A stretch of 64,000 nt of DNA, from positions 1-64,000 of the IMG/VR virus record IMGVR_UViG_3300048834_000258; one strand, 5' to 3'. Both the position numbers and the translations under genes were made by a program. This DNA is from a virus. The notes under the pieces were generated by a model. The model was not told where the DNA came from and did not search any database. It saw only the letters and a program-made list of their open reading frames with translations. Below are positions 1 through 10,083 of the stretch, piece by piece; position 1 is the stretch's first letter, and every line of letters starts with the position of its first letter.

Positions 1-2325
1 GTCGCAAACGGCAGTAACAAAGTCTACGGCACTGGAACCAACTTCCTCGCAGTATTCGGCGCGGGGCGTGCAGGCCCGCCGATCAAGACGACAGATTCCG
101 CCAATGCCCAGATTGCGATTCGAAACGTCTCGACGGGGTATCCCTATTTCGTTTACAGGACAATCACGAACGTAGACTCCGACACCGAATTGACGATCAG
201 CGCGACGTGGCAGCAGACCACCATCAGCTCGCCTGGTGTTGCGTGGGGGTCCTGGACCATTGGGCAGGTGCGCAAGGGCACAGGGACGGTCTACGTGGCC
301 AACGGCAGCACGACGGTCACAGGCACGGGCGGGACCGATCTACAGGCGGAGATCTGCGACGGCGGCACCACGCCGGATGGCGGGACCACGATCTATTTTG
401 TCGAGGCGGGAGCGGTGACGCGGAAGTCGGTTGCCTCCTGTCAGAGCGCCACGCAGATCACCCTTGCGGCGGCGTACGACGGCACGACGATCAGCAGCCC
501 TGGGGTGCCCTACACCTTTGACGATTGGGATCTGGCCAAGGGGGCATGGAGCCCCAATGGCGCGTCGACGGTGAACTTCTACGACATCGCCAAGGCCATG
601 TATCGCTTCTGGTATGCAAGCGGCTGGACGCGCCCCCGAGATGCGGCGCGGTTCCTGGCAGATCGCTACTGGAAACAGACGGCGAACGGCGGGCAGTATA
701 TGTGGGAGTCCTTCGCAGGCTCCGTGATTCGACAGGTAGTTGATCCGCCAGAGTCGCCTGACTCGGATTTCTGGATTGTCAGCGAAAACCGCATGTCGGA
801 TGTGTGGGACGTGCGGAAGTATGTCGGCCACAGTCCCATGTATGAGGCGCGGGAGGTTGCCTACGCCCTGGAGGTTGCCGTAAGGACTGCCCGCTACGAC
901 CCCGACGCCACGCGGCGAGCAACCAATCTAGCGCGGGTGCAAGACTCTTACGATGACCTGTGGAGTACGGACATGGTGGCGGCGTCCAGCGGGGGCTTCT
1001 ACCGCAACCACATCAAAGAACCGGATTCGGCGCGGGTGCTGGCGGTGACCAATGGCTCAGCGACGGTCACCAAGCACAGCGGGACGGATTTCGCTGCGGA
1101 CTTTTGCGGCGATCCTGCGAGCTTCTACAGCACGGGCACGCTGGCGCTGACGAATGGGAGCACGACAATTTCGCTAACTGGGGGCGACCTGACCTTGCAC
1201 GCCGGCAAAAGGATCTTCATTCGGGGCACGCTGGCTGGCCAGCCATACTCGCAGGTCAATCAGATCACCAACGCCACAACGCTCAAATACCCGTGGCCGG
1301 GGACAACGGGCAACGCGACTGCGTGGCGAGCACAGACTCGCGTGGAGTGGTACCCAGGCGACTACTACGCCCTGGAGATGCTGCAAGTCGATTCATCCGG
1401 CGCGGCGATTGGCCCGAAAGCGTGGGGAAGCACCAATGCGGCACTGCCGGAGACTGACGCCTGGTACTGGTGTACCCGAGACAGCGGCACGCAGCTCACG
1501 CTGGATAGGCCATTCACCGGGGACACAGGCGGCACCGGATATCGCAGGGTGATGTTCCACGGCGGCTCCTACGTCCAGCCGTACTTCCAGATGCTTCTCG
1601 CCCGTTCGTTCCAGATGGCTGCAAGGTTGCTGGATGACGAAGGGGACACGGTGCGGGCGGCGGGGTATCGGAGCCTTGCGTCCGATCTGGTGGACTACGT
1701 GACGGAGGTGGCGGCAGACGGCTACAGCTATGGAGTGCCGTACTTCACGGAAACACCCGTCTGCGAACCGGTTTCCAGCAAACCAAACATCTGCGATGAG
1801 GCAGCGGATTCCGACTACCACCGGGCCTACTCGGTGGAGGCGAACGGCCCGCTTGCGCAAGACTACCTGGACGCTCCGACGCCAGAAAAGCTGACGCGAA
1901 TGAATGCCTGGTTCAACGCGCAATTCTGCCCGTCTGCTGGATACGATTGCCCGTTTGCATCCGACGGCAGCACGGCGGAACTGGTGCAGGACGGCATTCC
2001 TGAGTTCAGCGACACGCTCCGCACGAAGAACTTCGGGCAAGCGTTTGGCGTAGGCGGCGGCTACATGGTGGATGCGGCGCGGGTGGGGGGGCAGGCGGCG
2101 GTCGAGAATCGCACGCTAACGGTCCAGGTGGCATCACCACTGGCGTATGGCGATCGCATCAAGATTACGGCAGTCAATGCAAGCGGTGTGGCTGTGACCA
2201 ATACCTGCGAGGCCGTGACGTGCAGCGTCACCAGCGACTTCCGCGCGGGCGGGCAGGTGGTGAAGATCCAGTACTACCTGGATGATGTCCCGGTAACACC
2301 GGAAGGGTTTTTGATTGTCAATTAG
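1..2325 (+). CDS. 5'-truncated large virion-associated / tail-fibre-like protein
   Basis: Frame is open from base 1 (VANGSNKVYGTGTNF...). Four copies of a VxNGSxxVxxxGTxF/L...QLTL beta-module alternate with aromatic-rich helical segments; G/T-rich. Confidence 0.6.
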   Translation, partial: VANGSNKVYGTGTNFLAVFGAGRAGPPIKTTDSANAQIAIRNVSTGYPYFVYRTITNVDSDTELTISATWQQTTISSPGVAWGSWTIGQVRKGTGTVYVANGSTTVTGTGGTDLQAEICDGGTTPDGGTTIYFVEAGAVTRKSVASCQSATQITLAAAYDGTTISSPGVPYTFDDWDLAKGAWSPNGASTVNFYDIAKAMYRFWYASGWTRPRDAARFLADRYWKQTANGGQYMWESFAGSVIRQVVDPPESPDSDFWIVSENRMSDVWDVRKYVGHSPMYEAREVAYALEVAVRTARYDPDATRRATNLARVQDSYDDLWSTDMVAASSGGFYRNHIKEPDSARVLAVTNGSATVTKHSGTDFAADFCGDPASFYSTGTLALTNGSTTISLTGGDLTLHAGKRIFIRGTLAGQPYSQVNQITNATTLKYPWPGTTGNATAWRAQTRVEWYPGDYYALEMLQVDSSGAAIGPKAWGSTNAALPETDAWYWCTRDSGTQLTLDRPFTGDTGGTGYRRVMFHGGSYVQPYFQMLLARSFQMAARLLDDEGDTVRAAGYRSLASDLVDYVTEVAADGYSYGVPYFTETPVCEPVSSKPNICDEAADSDYHRAYSVEANGPLAQDYLDAPTPEKLTRMNAWFNAQFCPSAGYDCPFASDGSTAELVQDGIPEFSDTLRTKNFGQAFGVGGGYMVDAARVGGQAAVENRTLTVQVASPLAYGDRIKITAVNASGVAVTNTCEAVTCSVTSDFRAGGQVVKIQYYLDDVPVTPEGFLIVN

Positions 2326-2333
2326 GAGACCTT

Positions 2334-2774
2334 ATGACGGTCAAAGTGGCGGAGATTGTTTGGAAGCACTTGCGTAAGAAGGCTCGCGAGGCGTTTCCGA
2401 ATGAGATGTTGGGCTATCTGTTTGGGCATATAGAAGGGGATGTGATATATGTTCAAACAGTTTATATCGCCGAGGGCGATGATATTGTGCAGGCTTCGCC
2501 GGAAGCCATCTCCGTGAGTGCTGGGTCCAAAGCAGCGGCGGAATACATTGCGGGAATAATGAAGATGAAGCTGTTGGGTACGGTTCATACGCACCCGGAA
2601 GCGGAGCCTGAAGAGTATACCTGCGATGCGGTTCCGTCGCTTTTTGATTATGAGTATGGATGGGAGGAGCACGTAATGGGCATATTGCACATTTGCCGGA
2701 AGGGCAAGCGGTGGCAGTATGATCTGAGATTTTACGATCCGAAGGGGCTGTATGTCACTGAATTTGTACGTTAA
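2334..2774 (+). CDS. JAB/MPN+ (JAMM) family metalloprotease
   Basis: N-terminal Glu (PNEMLG), HTHP and PSLFD give the E...HxH...SxxD JAMM motif; GGAG SD. Confidence 0.85.
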   Translation: MTVKVAEIVWKHLRKKAREAFPNEMLGYLFGHIEGDVIYVQTVYIAEGDDIVQASPEAISVSAGSKAAAEYIAGIMKMKLLGTVHTHPEAEPEEYTCDAVPSLFDYEYGWEEHVMGILHICRKGKRWQYDLRFYDPKGLYVTEFVR

Positions 2775-5757
2775 GGACCCACGCGAGTCGCGCACCAAAC
2801 AGGTGGCCGAGGAGCGCGAGGCGATCATGAAGATTGCCAAAGCGCGTTGGTTGGCGCGGACTAATATGTACTACCTGTGTAATAAGGTGCTTGGGTACAA
2901 AGATGTGAACCCTGCGGTCCATTATGGGTTGATTCGTACTTTGCAGCAGTTTCCGATGCCTGCGGAAAATGAGTGGTTCAAGTATGATAAGCCGATGGTT
3001 CGCGCCGATGGGTCGGTGGTTTGGGACTATACACCTGTTATTCCGAATATGCTCGATTTGCCGGGAGGCCGTAGACGCCTTATTCTGGATAGTCGCGGTA
3101 CGCTCAAGTGCCACTGCGATTCGAACTGGATGCGTAAAGCCTCGGGCGAGTATGTGCAGACGAAAGACATCGAAGTTGGAGATGTGCTCGACGGTATCGA
3201 TGAGAATTTCCGATTTACTCCTGTAGTTATTGAGCGAAAAGAACTTCAAGGAGAGCAGGAGTGCTATCGAATTACTACCAGAACCGGACGAGTTTTGGAG
3301 GTTTCCCACAACCATCCACTTAGAATGGTGGATAAGTGGATTGAGGCGGAAAAGCTGAAGCCGAAAGATCGAATTGCTATTCACGGAAGGTTGCCAGAGC
3401 CGGAGGGGGCACAGGATGTTGCCTACGACGAGATACTTGGTTGGTTTCTAGGCGACGGCAATATCAGCGGCAGTACTGTTACGCAGAAAAGGGATCGTTT
3501 TGTCCAATGGATTATAGAGGCCGCACAAAAAGCAGGTTTCACGGCAGATGCAATAGAGTACGACCCTGTAAAGAGGCCGGGGATTAAGACGGTTCGGGTG
3601 CAGGGAGCGCGGGATCTATTTCGGGAGTTAGGGTATTTGAAGAAGGATTGGTATGCGAAATCGGCAGACAAGTTTGTCCCCGAGACGATCTTTCGGGCCA
3701 GCAATGCTAGCGTAGGTCGCTTTTTGGCGACACTGTTTGCGGCAGATGGTACTTTCGGAACTGGGTCTATTAGCTATTGCTCTATCTCGAAGAGGCTGTG
3801 CCAAGACATCCAAAGGTTGTTGTTGCGTTTTGGTATTCATAGCCGTGTTTCTACGATTTTGACGAAATACAAAGGAGAGCCTTACACTTGCTATCATCTG
3901 CACGTTCAAGGGATGGAGAACATTTTGCAGTTTGTGGCGAGTATCGGATGGTACAAAGAGTGCCGTTTTAAGTGGCCGAAAGGAAAGGCAAATCCCAACG
4001 TCAACACAGTGCCGAAGCAATGGCGCAAACTGTTTCCGAAGTACTTCTTTGCACGAGGGGAGCGCCCCGATGATTTGCCCAAACTGTGGAACAAGAAACA
4101 GAATCGCTTCATTCCGAAGAGTCTTTCGTCCTACAACGTAGACAAAAAGTATCTTAAGGCAATTTGCCAATATCGTCCAGATGCTTTGATGGAGGGGTTG
4201 GCGTCCGATGATGTATTTTGGGACGAAGTAGTCTCGGTGGAATCTATTGGCAAACAGAGGACGTGGGCTATCCAGACGAACAAACGAAACTACTCTATTT
4301 CGGATGTAGTTACCCATAATACTTCCATTAACATTATGGCGCATTCGGTGCAGTGGATACTGAATTATCCCGACATCGCGATTCTGTTGGTACACGCAAA
4401 AGCCGAGATTGCTGAGGATATCTTGGGCGAGGTTCGTGACATGTTTGCGTTCTGTGAACCACTGCGGCACTTGTTTCCCGAGTTGTGCCCGGAAGCAGAT
4501 CAGATCAAGCACTTTGGAAATAGGAGTCGATTTACTATCCCAGGTAGATCGAAGATTCGCAAAGAGCCGACCATGGATACGACCTCTATTACGTCGGCCA
4601 TCGCCGGAGCGCACTTCGACGTTATCAAGTTTACGGACTGCGTGGAAGAACAGAACGCGGCCAACAAAGAGATGCGCAATGACGTGAGCAAGAAGTTCTC
4701 ACTGTTCCGTAACGTGCTCTCGACGCCGATGCACTGGATTGACGTGGAGGGCACTCGCTATCACTTTGATGACCAGTACGGGCGTATCATTGACGGCGAG
4801 AAGACGCTTCCCTTGGAGCATCGGGTGTGGGGCATCTATGTTAGAGGGTGTTATAAGAAAAAGCTGCCCTCCGGGCAGAAAGATTATCAGTTTTCGCCCG
4901 AGGAGTTGGAACTGCCGGACCTGTTGGACGAGAACGGGAAGAAAGTGAGTTGGTGGCCGGAGCGGTTTCCCACATGGTTCCTGGAGCGAGAAGAGAACGA
5001 CCCTACGGGCGAGATCTTCGACTTCAATTCGCAGCGCCGCAACCATCCGGTGGGTGATAGTAAGACGCTGGATTTCCCCGCCAGCGTGATCCAGTGGATT
5101 CCCGAGAAGGAACTTCGTTCAATTCGAGCGGAGTATTTTGTGACGACGGTGGACACGGCGGAGACGCAGAACGCACAGAGCAACTTCTCGGTAATTACAA
5201 CGTGTATGTGGGATTGTAACAATCGGTGCTATGTGATGGACGTGCGCCGCGCGAAAATGAAGCCCGATGAATTAGTGTCCCAGTTGTTTGATGTGTATGC
5301 AAAATGGCGTCCCATTGTGGTGCGGATCGAGGAAACCTCATACACACGAGGGTTGCAGTTTGGTTTGCGCCGCGAAATGGATTTGAAGCAGTTTTCCATT
5401 CCGTTTGACTTCGTGAAGCCGGACAACCAGAAGAGCAAGCAGGAGCGTATTCGTCTGACGTTGCAGCCGGTCTTGCGGCGGGGCGATTTACGCTTCTCGG
5501 AGGGTTTGCCTTCTGACATGAAAGATGCTATCTATCAGGAGTTCACGCAATTCCCCAAGGGAATTTCGGACGACATCCTGGACACGCTGGCGGACCAGTT
5601 TCAGAACAAGTCGTTCTATGGGAGGATTCGTGAGAGAGAGACTTTCGAAACCATGTCACAGAAAGCATTTAATGCTCTCGTACAGGGGTTGGAAAATCCT
5701 TTTGCGGACCCAGCTACTCCGCCCGAGAGTTACTACTCGCGGACAGGCGGGCTTTAG
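2752..5757 (+). CDS. terL: Terminase large subunit containing an intein (about 597 aa after splicing)
   Basis: Walker A SRGTLK|T split by the intein; GAHFDVIKFTD (Walker B region), GTRYHFDD, nuclease motifs TTVDTA and DDILDTLA. Confidence 0.92.
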   Translation: MSLNLYVKDPRESRTKQVAEEREAIMKIAKARWLARTNMYYLCNKVLGYKDVNPAVHYGLIRTLQQFPMPAENEWFKYDKPMVRADGSVVWDYTPVIPNMLDLPGGRRRLILDSRGTLKCHCDSNWMRKASGEYVQTKDIEVGDVLDGIDENFRFTPVVIERKELQGEQECYRITTRTGRVLEVSHNHPLRMVDKWIEAEKLKPKDRIAIHGRLPEPEGAQDVAYDEILGWFLGDGNISGSTVTQKRDRFVQWIIEAAQKAGFTADAIEYDPVKRPGIKTVRVQGARDLFRELGYLKKDWYAKSADKFVPETIFRASNASVGRFLATLFAADGTFGTGSISYCSISKRLCQDIQRLLLRFGIHSRVSTILTKYKGEPYTCYHLHVQGMENILQFVASIGWYKECRFKWPKGKANPNVNTVPKQWRKLFPKYFFARGERPDDLPKLWNKKQNRFIPKSLSSYNVDKKYLKAICQYRPDALMEGLASDDVFWDEVVSVESIGKQRTWAIQTNKRNYSISDVVTHNTSINIMAHSVQWILNYPDIAILLVHAKAEIAEDILGEVRDMFAFCEPLRHLFPELCPEADQIKHFGNRSRFTIPGRSKIRKEPTMDTTSITSAIAGAHFDVIKFTDCVEEQNAANKEMRNDVSKKFSLFRNVLSTPMHWIDVEGTRYHFDDQYGRIIDGEKTLPLEHRVWGIYVRGCYKKKLPSGQKDYQFSPEELELPDLLDENGKKVSWWPERFPTWFLEREENDPTGEIFDFNSQRRNHPVGDSKTLDFPASVIQWIPEKELRSIRAEYFVTTVDTAETQNAQSNFSVITTCMWDCNNRCYVMDVRRAKMKPDELVSQLFDVYAKWRPIVVRIEETSYTRGLQFGLRREMDLKQFSIPFDFVKPDNQKSKQERIRLTLQPVLRRGDLRFSEGLPSDMKDAIYQEFTQFPKGISDDILDTLADQFQNKSFYGRIRERETFETMSQKAFNALVQGLENPFADPATPPESYYSRTGGL
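3109..4320 (+). mobile_element. Intein with LAGLIDADG homing endonuclease (404 aa)
   Basis: Starts at Cys (CHCDSNW), block B SHNHP, LAGLIDADG-like ILGWFLGDG and FLATLFAADG, ends VVTHN followed by Thr+1. Confidence 0.93.
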
Positions 5758-6824
5758 GTAGCCGCCTGCCGCTTTTCCTGCGAGAATGCCAGCTTGTCGC
5801 CATCGGCGCTGATGTGGATGGTGATGCCCGCCGTAATCTTGCCGCTAGTTTTGAGGACCGCCAGCGGTTGCCACAATAGGTGAGTGATGGCCCGCTTCAA
5901 AGGTCGTGCTCCGTACTTAGCTTCGAAGCCCACTTTAACGAAGAGGTCTTTTGCCGAGTCTTCGAAGTGCAGGGCGCACGAATTGAAGCCCCACCGAGTA
6001 ACGAGCCAGTCGTCGGCTTTGGCCAGTTCAATCTCTACAATGTGGCGCAGCGTCTCTTTTGAGAGTTCTTCATAGTAGAGGAACTCGTCAATGCGGTTGA
6101 TGAACTCCGGCGAGAACTTGCGCTTGAGCCGCTGTTCGACCATGGTGGTCAGGGAGGCGGCTGTGGTTGTGGCGGTGAAGCCGGGGGAGTTCCGTATTTG
6201 GCCAATCTCGGCATAGCCGATGTTGGACGTTAGGAACACCAGCGTGTTCTCGAAGTCGACCGGATTGTTGTCGCCGGTGCGAAGGAAGCCCTTGTCGAGA
6301 ATGCCGAGGAGGATGCGCTGCATCGAAGGCGCGGCCTTCTCAATCTCATCGAACAGTACGACGGAAATTCGACTATGCTCACTGGAAATCGACTCCAGCC
6401 GCTGTTGGGAAAGCACGGCCTGCGTTTCCTTATGGCCCAGATATCCGGGAGGTGCGCCTACCAGTTTGGCCACTTCATGCTCCATCTGGTACTCTCCGCA
6501 GTCCACGCGGAGCAAATGGCGGTCGCTGTTGTGTAGGAGTTCAGCCACGGCTTCGACGGTTCTAGTCTTGCCAGTACCAGTGGGGCCGAGAAGCATGAAA
6601 ACGCCAGCGGGTCTTCCGGGAGGGTTAAGGTTGGCGTCCACCATATCCAGGTAGGGAGTGATTTTGGAAATGCACTCCTGACCGATGATACGCTCGCGTA
6701 ATCGTACCAAGTACGGGAGTTCGGCTTCTCGCGCTCGCCGCGAGTCGGCCATTGGGATGTGCATTCGAGTTCCGTTTACAGGCATTTTGGTTTCTCCTCC
6801 CTTGGATCTTACTCGTAAAGCCAT
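5754..6824 (-). CDS. Single-domain ClpA/B/C D2-type AAA+ ATPase
   Basis: GPTGTGKT, pore loop APPGYLG, Walker B LFDEIEKA, FLTSN, PEFINRID, YGARPLKR. No N-domain, D1 or M-domain. Confidence 0.9.
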   Translation of the reverse strand: MALRVRSKGGETKMPVNGTRMHIPMADSRRAREAELPYLVRLRERIIGQECISKITPYLDMVDANLNPPGRPAGVFMLLGPTGTGKTRTVEAVAELLHNSDRHLLRVDCGEYQMEHEVAKLVGAPPGYLGHKETQAVLSQQRLESISSEHSRISVVLFDEIEKAAPSMQRILLGILDKGFLRTGDNNPVDFENTLVFLTSNIGYAEIGQIRNSPGFTATTTAASLTTMVEQRLKRKFSPEFINRIDEFLYYEELSKETLRHIVEIELAKADDWLVTRWGFNSCALHFEDSAKDLFVKVGFEAKYGARPLKRAITHLLWQPLAVLKTSGKITAGITIHISADGDKLAFSQEKRQAAT

Positions 6825-6855
6825 TCCAAATCAACTCCTTTCTTCGGCCACCTAC

Positions 6856-6937
6856 AGAAAAGAGGGCAGATTGGCGTCCGCCCTCTCGTCCGTTTGTGTG
6901 GCGCGAAGCGCCACGGGGGTCTACAACTAGTGTACCA
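6856..6937 (-). ncRNA. GTTGTAGAC-family unit 1 (promoter, leader/sRNA, terminator) upstream of the Clp ATPase
   Basis: TGG-TACACT-AGTTGTAGACCCCC, hairpin GTGGCGC-TTC-GCGCCAC, then AGAGGGCGGA...TCTGCCCTCT-TTT. Confidence 0.55.
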
Positions 6938-6941
6938 CTAA

Positions 6942-6966
6942 TGGCGCGTAGCGCCAATGGTAAAAT
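6942..6966 (+). promoter_or_regulatory. Portal promoter: palindrome plus extended -10
   Basis: TGGCGC-GTA-GCGCCA then ATGG-TAAAAT, 10 nt before ATG 6977. Confidence 0.6.
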
Positions 6967-6976
6967 AGAAGTAGCG

Positions 6977-8911
6977 ATGGCTGAAGAACTTAACGATTCC
7001 CTCGTACTTTCGACTGACCCGACTCCGGGCTACGAAGACATCACGAAGCAGCTTGCGCTGTCTCGGGTGGTGCAGACGTTCTTCAAGTACGAGACTTGGC
7101 GGCAGCGCAACTACGACCTCAAGTGGCGGCACCTCCAGGAGCTTTATAACGGGGTGGTACCCAGACGGTTCTGGGAAGGCACTACGACCGAGAGAGCTTC
7201 GCTCTCTGTGCGACTCATTCACTCCCAGGTCCAGAGCGTTCTCCCTCTTCTGCACCAAGCATTGTTTGGGTCTGACATTGAGTGGTTCAAAGTTGCCGCC
7301 ATTGGCGAGACTTCTACGCAGGAAGCAGCGGAGGTGCAAGCGCGGCTACTGTACCTGTGCGAGCACCCAACGGATCGGTTTGGGAACAATGTGCGTAACC
7401 AAGTTACGCTTACTCTCAATGATTTGCTTGTCAAAGGTATCGCCATTCTTGCTTTGCAAGTAGATCCGCTTACGCTGGAGCCTGTAGCCAATCGTATCTC
7501 GCCGCTGGACTTCTATGTCGATCCCGCTTGCGGGCCGGACATTGAACAGGCGAAATCGGTTATTTGGCGGCGCACGCTGACGCTGGATCAGGTAGAGGCA
7601 CTGCGAGGGGCCGAAGGCTTTGATATCCCCGACAGGGGGACGCTCATGGAGTGTATTCAGAGTATGCCGTCGGCTATTGCAGATACGTCCCGGCAGATGG
7701 AAGAAAGTTCGCGGGGTGTTCAGTACAATCCGCTGTCCGACGGGCAGGGTGTGTTTGGCGCGGAGAGCAATCTTGAGGTATTAGTGTACTACACCAAGAC
7801 ACGGGTTGTTTGGGTGCTTAACAGACACTACGTTATTTACAATGGCGAGAATCCGTATGGGTTCTACCCGTTTACGGCGGCGACCTGCTTCTTCGACCCG
7901 GATCGGTTCTACGGGAATGGCTATTCCGATGTACTGGCCGATTTGCAGAAGTACATGCAGTCGATTCGTAATGCGCGACTGGACGAGCTTTCGCTGGCCT
8001 TGAATCCGCCGCGAGTGACCCGCGCTTCGCACGATCAGCGCATGACGTTTTCGCAGAGAGTGTGGCGACCGGGTGCTCAGTTGGCGACCGAGAATGGCAA
8101 GGACGATATTTCGGTCCAGGTGCCGTCGAATATTACACAGAATTCATATCAAGAAGAGAGTTGGATGCAACAGCAGGCCCAGGAGATGACCGGGGTGAAC
8201 TCCATGGTCCTCCAGGGTATGCCGATGCGGGGCAATGCTTCTGCGAGTGCAACTTCGGTAGGAGCGCAGCGCGAGGCTCCGTCGTTGCGGCTGCTGATGG
8301 TGGTTCTCTCTTTGGAGAATTATCTGTTGACGCCGATGTTGTATAAGATGTTGAAGATGCACCAGATTCATAATCAGGGCGATCTTCAGTTGAGAGGTAT
8401 GACGGCGGAAGGACAGACGCCTGTTGCGAATCAAAGTTTGCAGCGCGATGTGAAGTTCATGATGTTGTCTGCAACGCGGATGATGTCACGCGAGAAGCTG
8501 TTGCAGGTGTTCCCGTTCCTGACGCAGTATTTGCTCAATCCTGAGTTGATGGGGCACTTGCAACGGATCGGACTGGCGGTTGATATGGCGGAATGGGTCC
8601 GTATGTTGCAGGACGCCAGCGGCACGAAGCAAGTGTATCAGTTGGTGCGGCCTCTCAATGAACAGGAACAGCAGGCGCTCATGCAGCCGACGCCTGAGAT
8701 GATGCAGGATCAGCAGAAGACGAAGGCATCGAACGAAGTTCGCCTCGCGATGGCGGATAAGAAGAATCAGGCCGAGCAGATGAAGGTCCAGGGCAAACTG
8801 CAAGAGGTCGATAAAAAGACCGAGGCGGACATGAAGAAAGAGATGCTGTTGGCGGTTATGCAGCGAGTGATGGGCGGCGGCAACGCCGAAGGCGGCAACA
8901 GTGGCTCTTAG
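6977..8911 (+). CDS. Portal protein
   Basis: Follows TerL; ISPLDFYVDP, YPF...DPDRFYGNG, QEMTGVN and a Q-rich C-terminal barrel as in P22-like portals. Start reassigned to the ATG after the promoter. Confidence 0.85.
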   Translation: MAEELNDSLVLSTDPTPGYEDITKQLALSRVVQTFFKYETWRQRNYDLKWRHLQELYNGVVPRRFWEGTTTERASLSVRLIHSQVQSVLPLLHQALFGSDIEWFKVAAIGETSTQEAAEVQARLLYLCEHPTDRFGNNVRNQVTLTLNDLLVKGIAILALQVDPLTLEPVANRISPLDFYVDPACGPDIEQAKSVIWRRTLTLDQVEALRGAEGFDIPDRGTLMECIQSMPSAIADTSRQMEESSRGVQYNPLSDGQGVFGAESNLEVLVYYTKTRVVWVLNRHYVIYNGENPYGFYPFTAATCFFDPDRFYGNGYSDVLADLQKYMQSIRNARLDELSLALNPPRVTRASHDQRMTFSQRVWRPGAQLATENGKDDISVQVPSNITQNSYQEESWMQQQAQEMTGVNSMVLQGMPMRGNASASATSVGAQREAPSLRLLMVVLSLENYLLTPMLYKMLKMHQIHNQGDLQLRGMTAEGQTPVANQSLQRDVKFMMLSATRMMSREKLLQVFPFLTQYLLNPELMGHLQRIGLAVDMAEWVRMLQDASGTKQVYQLVRPLNEQEQQALMQPTPEMMQDQQKTKASNEVRLAMADKKNQAEQMKVQGKLQEVDKKTEADMKKEMLLAVMQRVMGGGNAEGGNSGS

Positions 8912-9245
8912 TCCTACGGAGTTCGAGCAAGCGGGGAAAGCCCGCGACCTTGCGGACCTGTCCTCCCATCCGGGGTGGGCGGTTCTTCTGTCGGCGCTAG
9001 CCGACAAAGAGAAGCAGTTGTTGGAAGAATTGGCTTTGCTGGACGAGCCGAAGGCTATTGTGCGGGCGAAAGATCACTGGAGTATCTTCCGGCATATTGT
9101 GCAGTTTATTACCAGCGCCCCCGAGAACGCTAAGATCAATGTCTTCGACATCAAAGAGGCCGAAGGGATTGATGATAGCACTCTGACGGTAGGCGCGTTC
9201 CTCAACAAAGTCCCTTATGGATCGGATCAGTTACCTTTAGTGTAA
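8901..9245 (+). CDS. Small helical protein between portal and scaffold
   Basis: Position and HPGW...L motif typical of post-portal proteins. Confidence 0.6.
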   Translation: MALSPTEFEQAGKARDLADLSSHPGWAVLLSALADKEKQLLEELALLDEPKAIVRAKDHWSIFRHIVQFITSAPENAKINVFDIKEAEGIDDSTLTVGAFLNKVPYGSDQLPLV

Positions 9246-9288
9246 ATGTTATCATGGTCTTAGGGACGATTCCCACATAGGAGAGACA

Positions 9289-10074
9289 ATGGCTACCACG
9301 CCCACTTTTGACATCAATTCCATTTCTCCGGAGAAACTGGCCGAGATTCTCGAACAGCTTCGGCAGGAAGACAATAACAATGCACCCCCGCCCCCGGCGC
9401 AGCCGCAGCCCATTAAGATCTCATTCAATGGGGTTGATTTTGTCGGCAATAGTGCCGAAGAAGTGCAGCGCCAGATCGATGTATATACACGAGCACTGGC
9501 CAATGAGCAGCACGCACGGCAGATCCAGGAAGCTACGCGCCAGCAGGCGGCCACACCGCCCGAACCGAAGGCTAAGCAGAAGAAGACGACCGAGGAGTGG
9601 GTGAACAAGTTCACCGAAGATCCGGCCGATGTGATGGACCAGGAAATGGAGCGGAAGATCGAGTCCTATCTTTCGCAGAAGTTTGGGATGCCGAACTGGG
9701 CGGAAGTTCAGAAGGCGGCGGTCCAGCAGATTGTGCAGGACAATTTGCAGAAGACCAAGAATGCGTTCTTCGAACGTAACCCGGATTTCGTGGAAGATCC
9801 CGTCAATTTGCAGGCCATCCAAGGCATCATGCAGCAGAATGGCTTGCAGCCGTCGTTGCAGGGTCTAGAGTGGGCTTGGTCCGAGGCGAAACGCCAGCAA
9901 GTTGCGCGTGTGAAGCAGGCGGAGCCGGTTGCAAGACCGACGGCCCCACTGCCGATGTTGCCTACGGGCGGCGCAAATCCGGGTAGTGATCTGTTGGATG
10001 CGTTCTATTCAACGACTGATCCGGTCAAACAGGAACAGATTTTGCGGCTCATCGAGAAGGCGCAGGCTGGCTAA
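9289..10074 (+). CDS. Capsid scaffolding protein
   Basis: Q/E/P-rich and helical, immediately upstream of the capsid gene; AGGAG SD. Confidence 0.7.
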   Translation: MATTPTFDINSISPEKLAEILEQLRQEDNNNAPPPPAQPQPIKISFNGVDFVGNSAEEVQRQIDVYTRALANEQHARQIQEATRQQAATPPEPKAKQKKTTEEWVNKFTEDPADVMDQEMERKIESYLSQKFGMPNWAEVQKAAVQQIVQDNLQKTKNAFFERNPDFVEDPVNLQAIQGIMQQNGLQPSLQGLEWAWSEAKRQQVARVKQAEPVARPTAPLPMLPTGGANPGSDLLDAFYSTTDPVKQEQILRLIEKAQAG

Positions 10075-10083
10075 TGGGGGGGG

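Noticed and set aside
6752-6976. 75-aa N-terminal extension of the portal in the ORF track
   Set aside because: It overlaps the Clp gene start and two divergent promoters; ATG 6977 follows a promoter directly.
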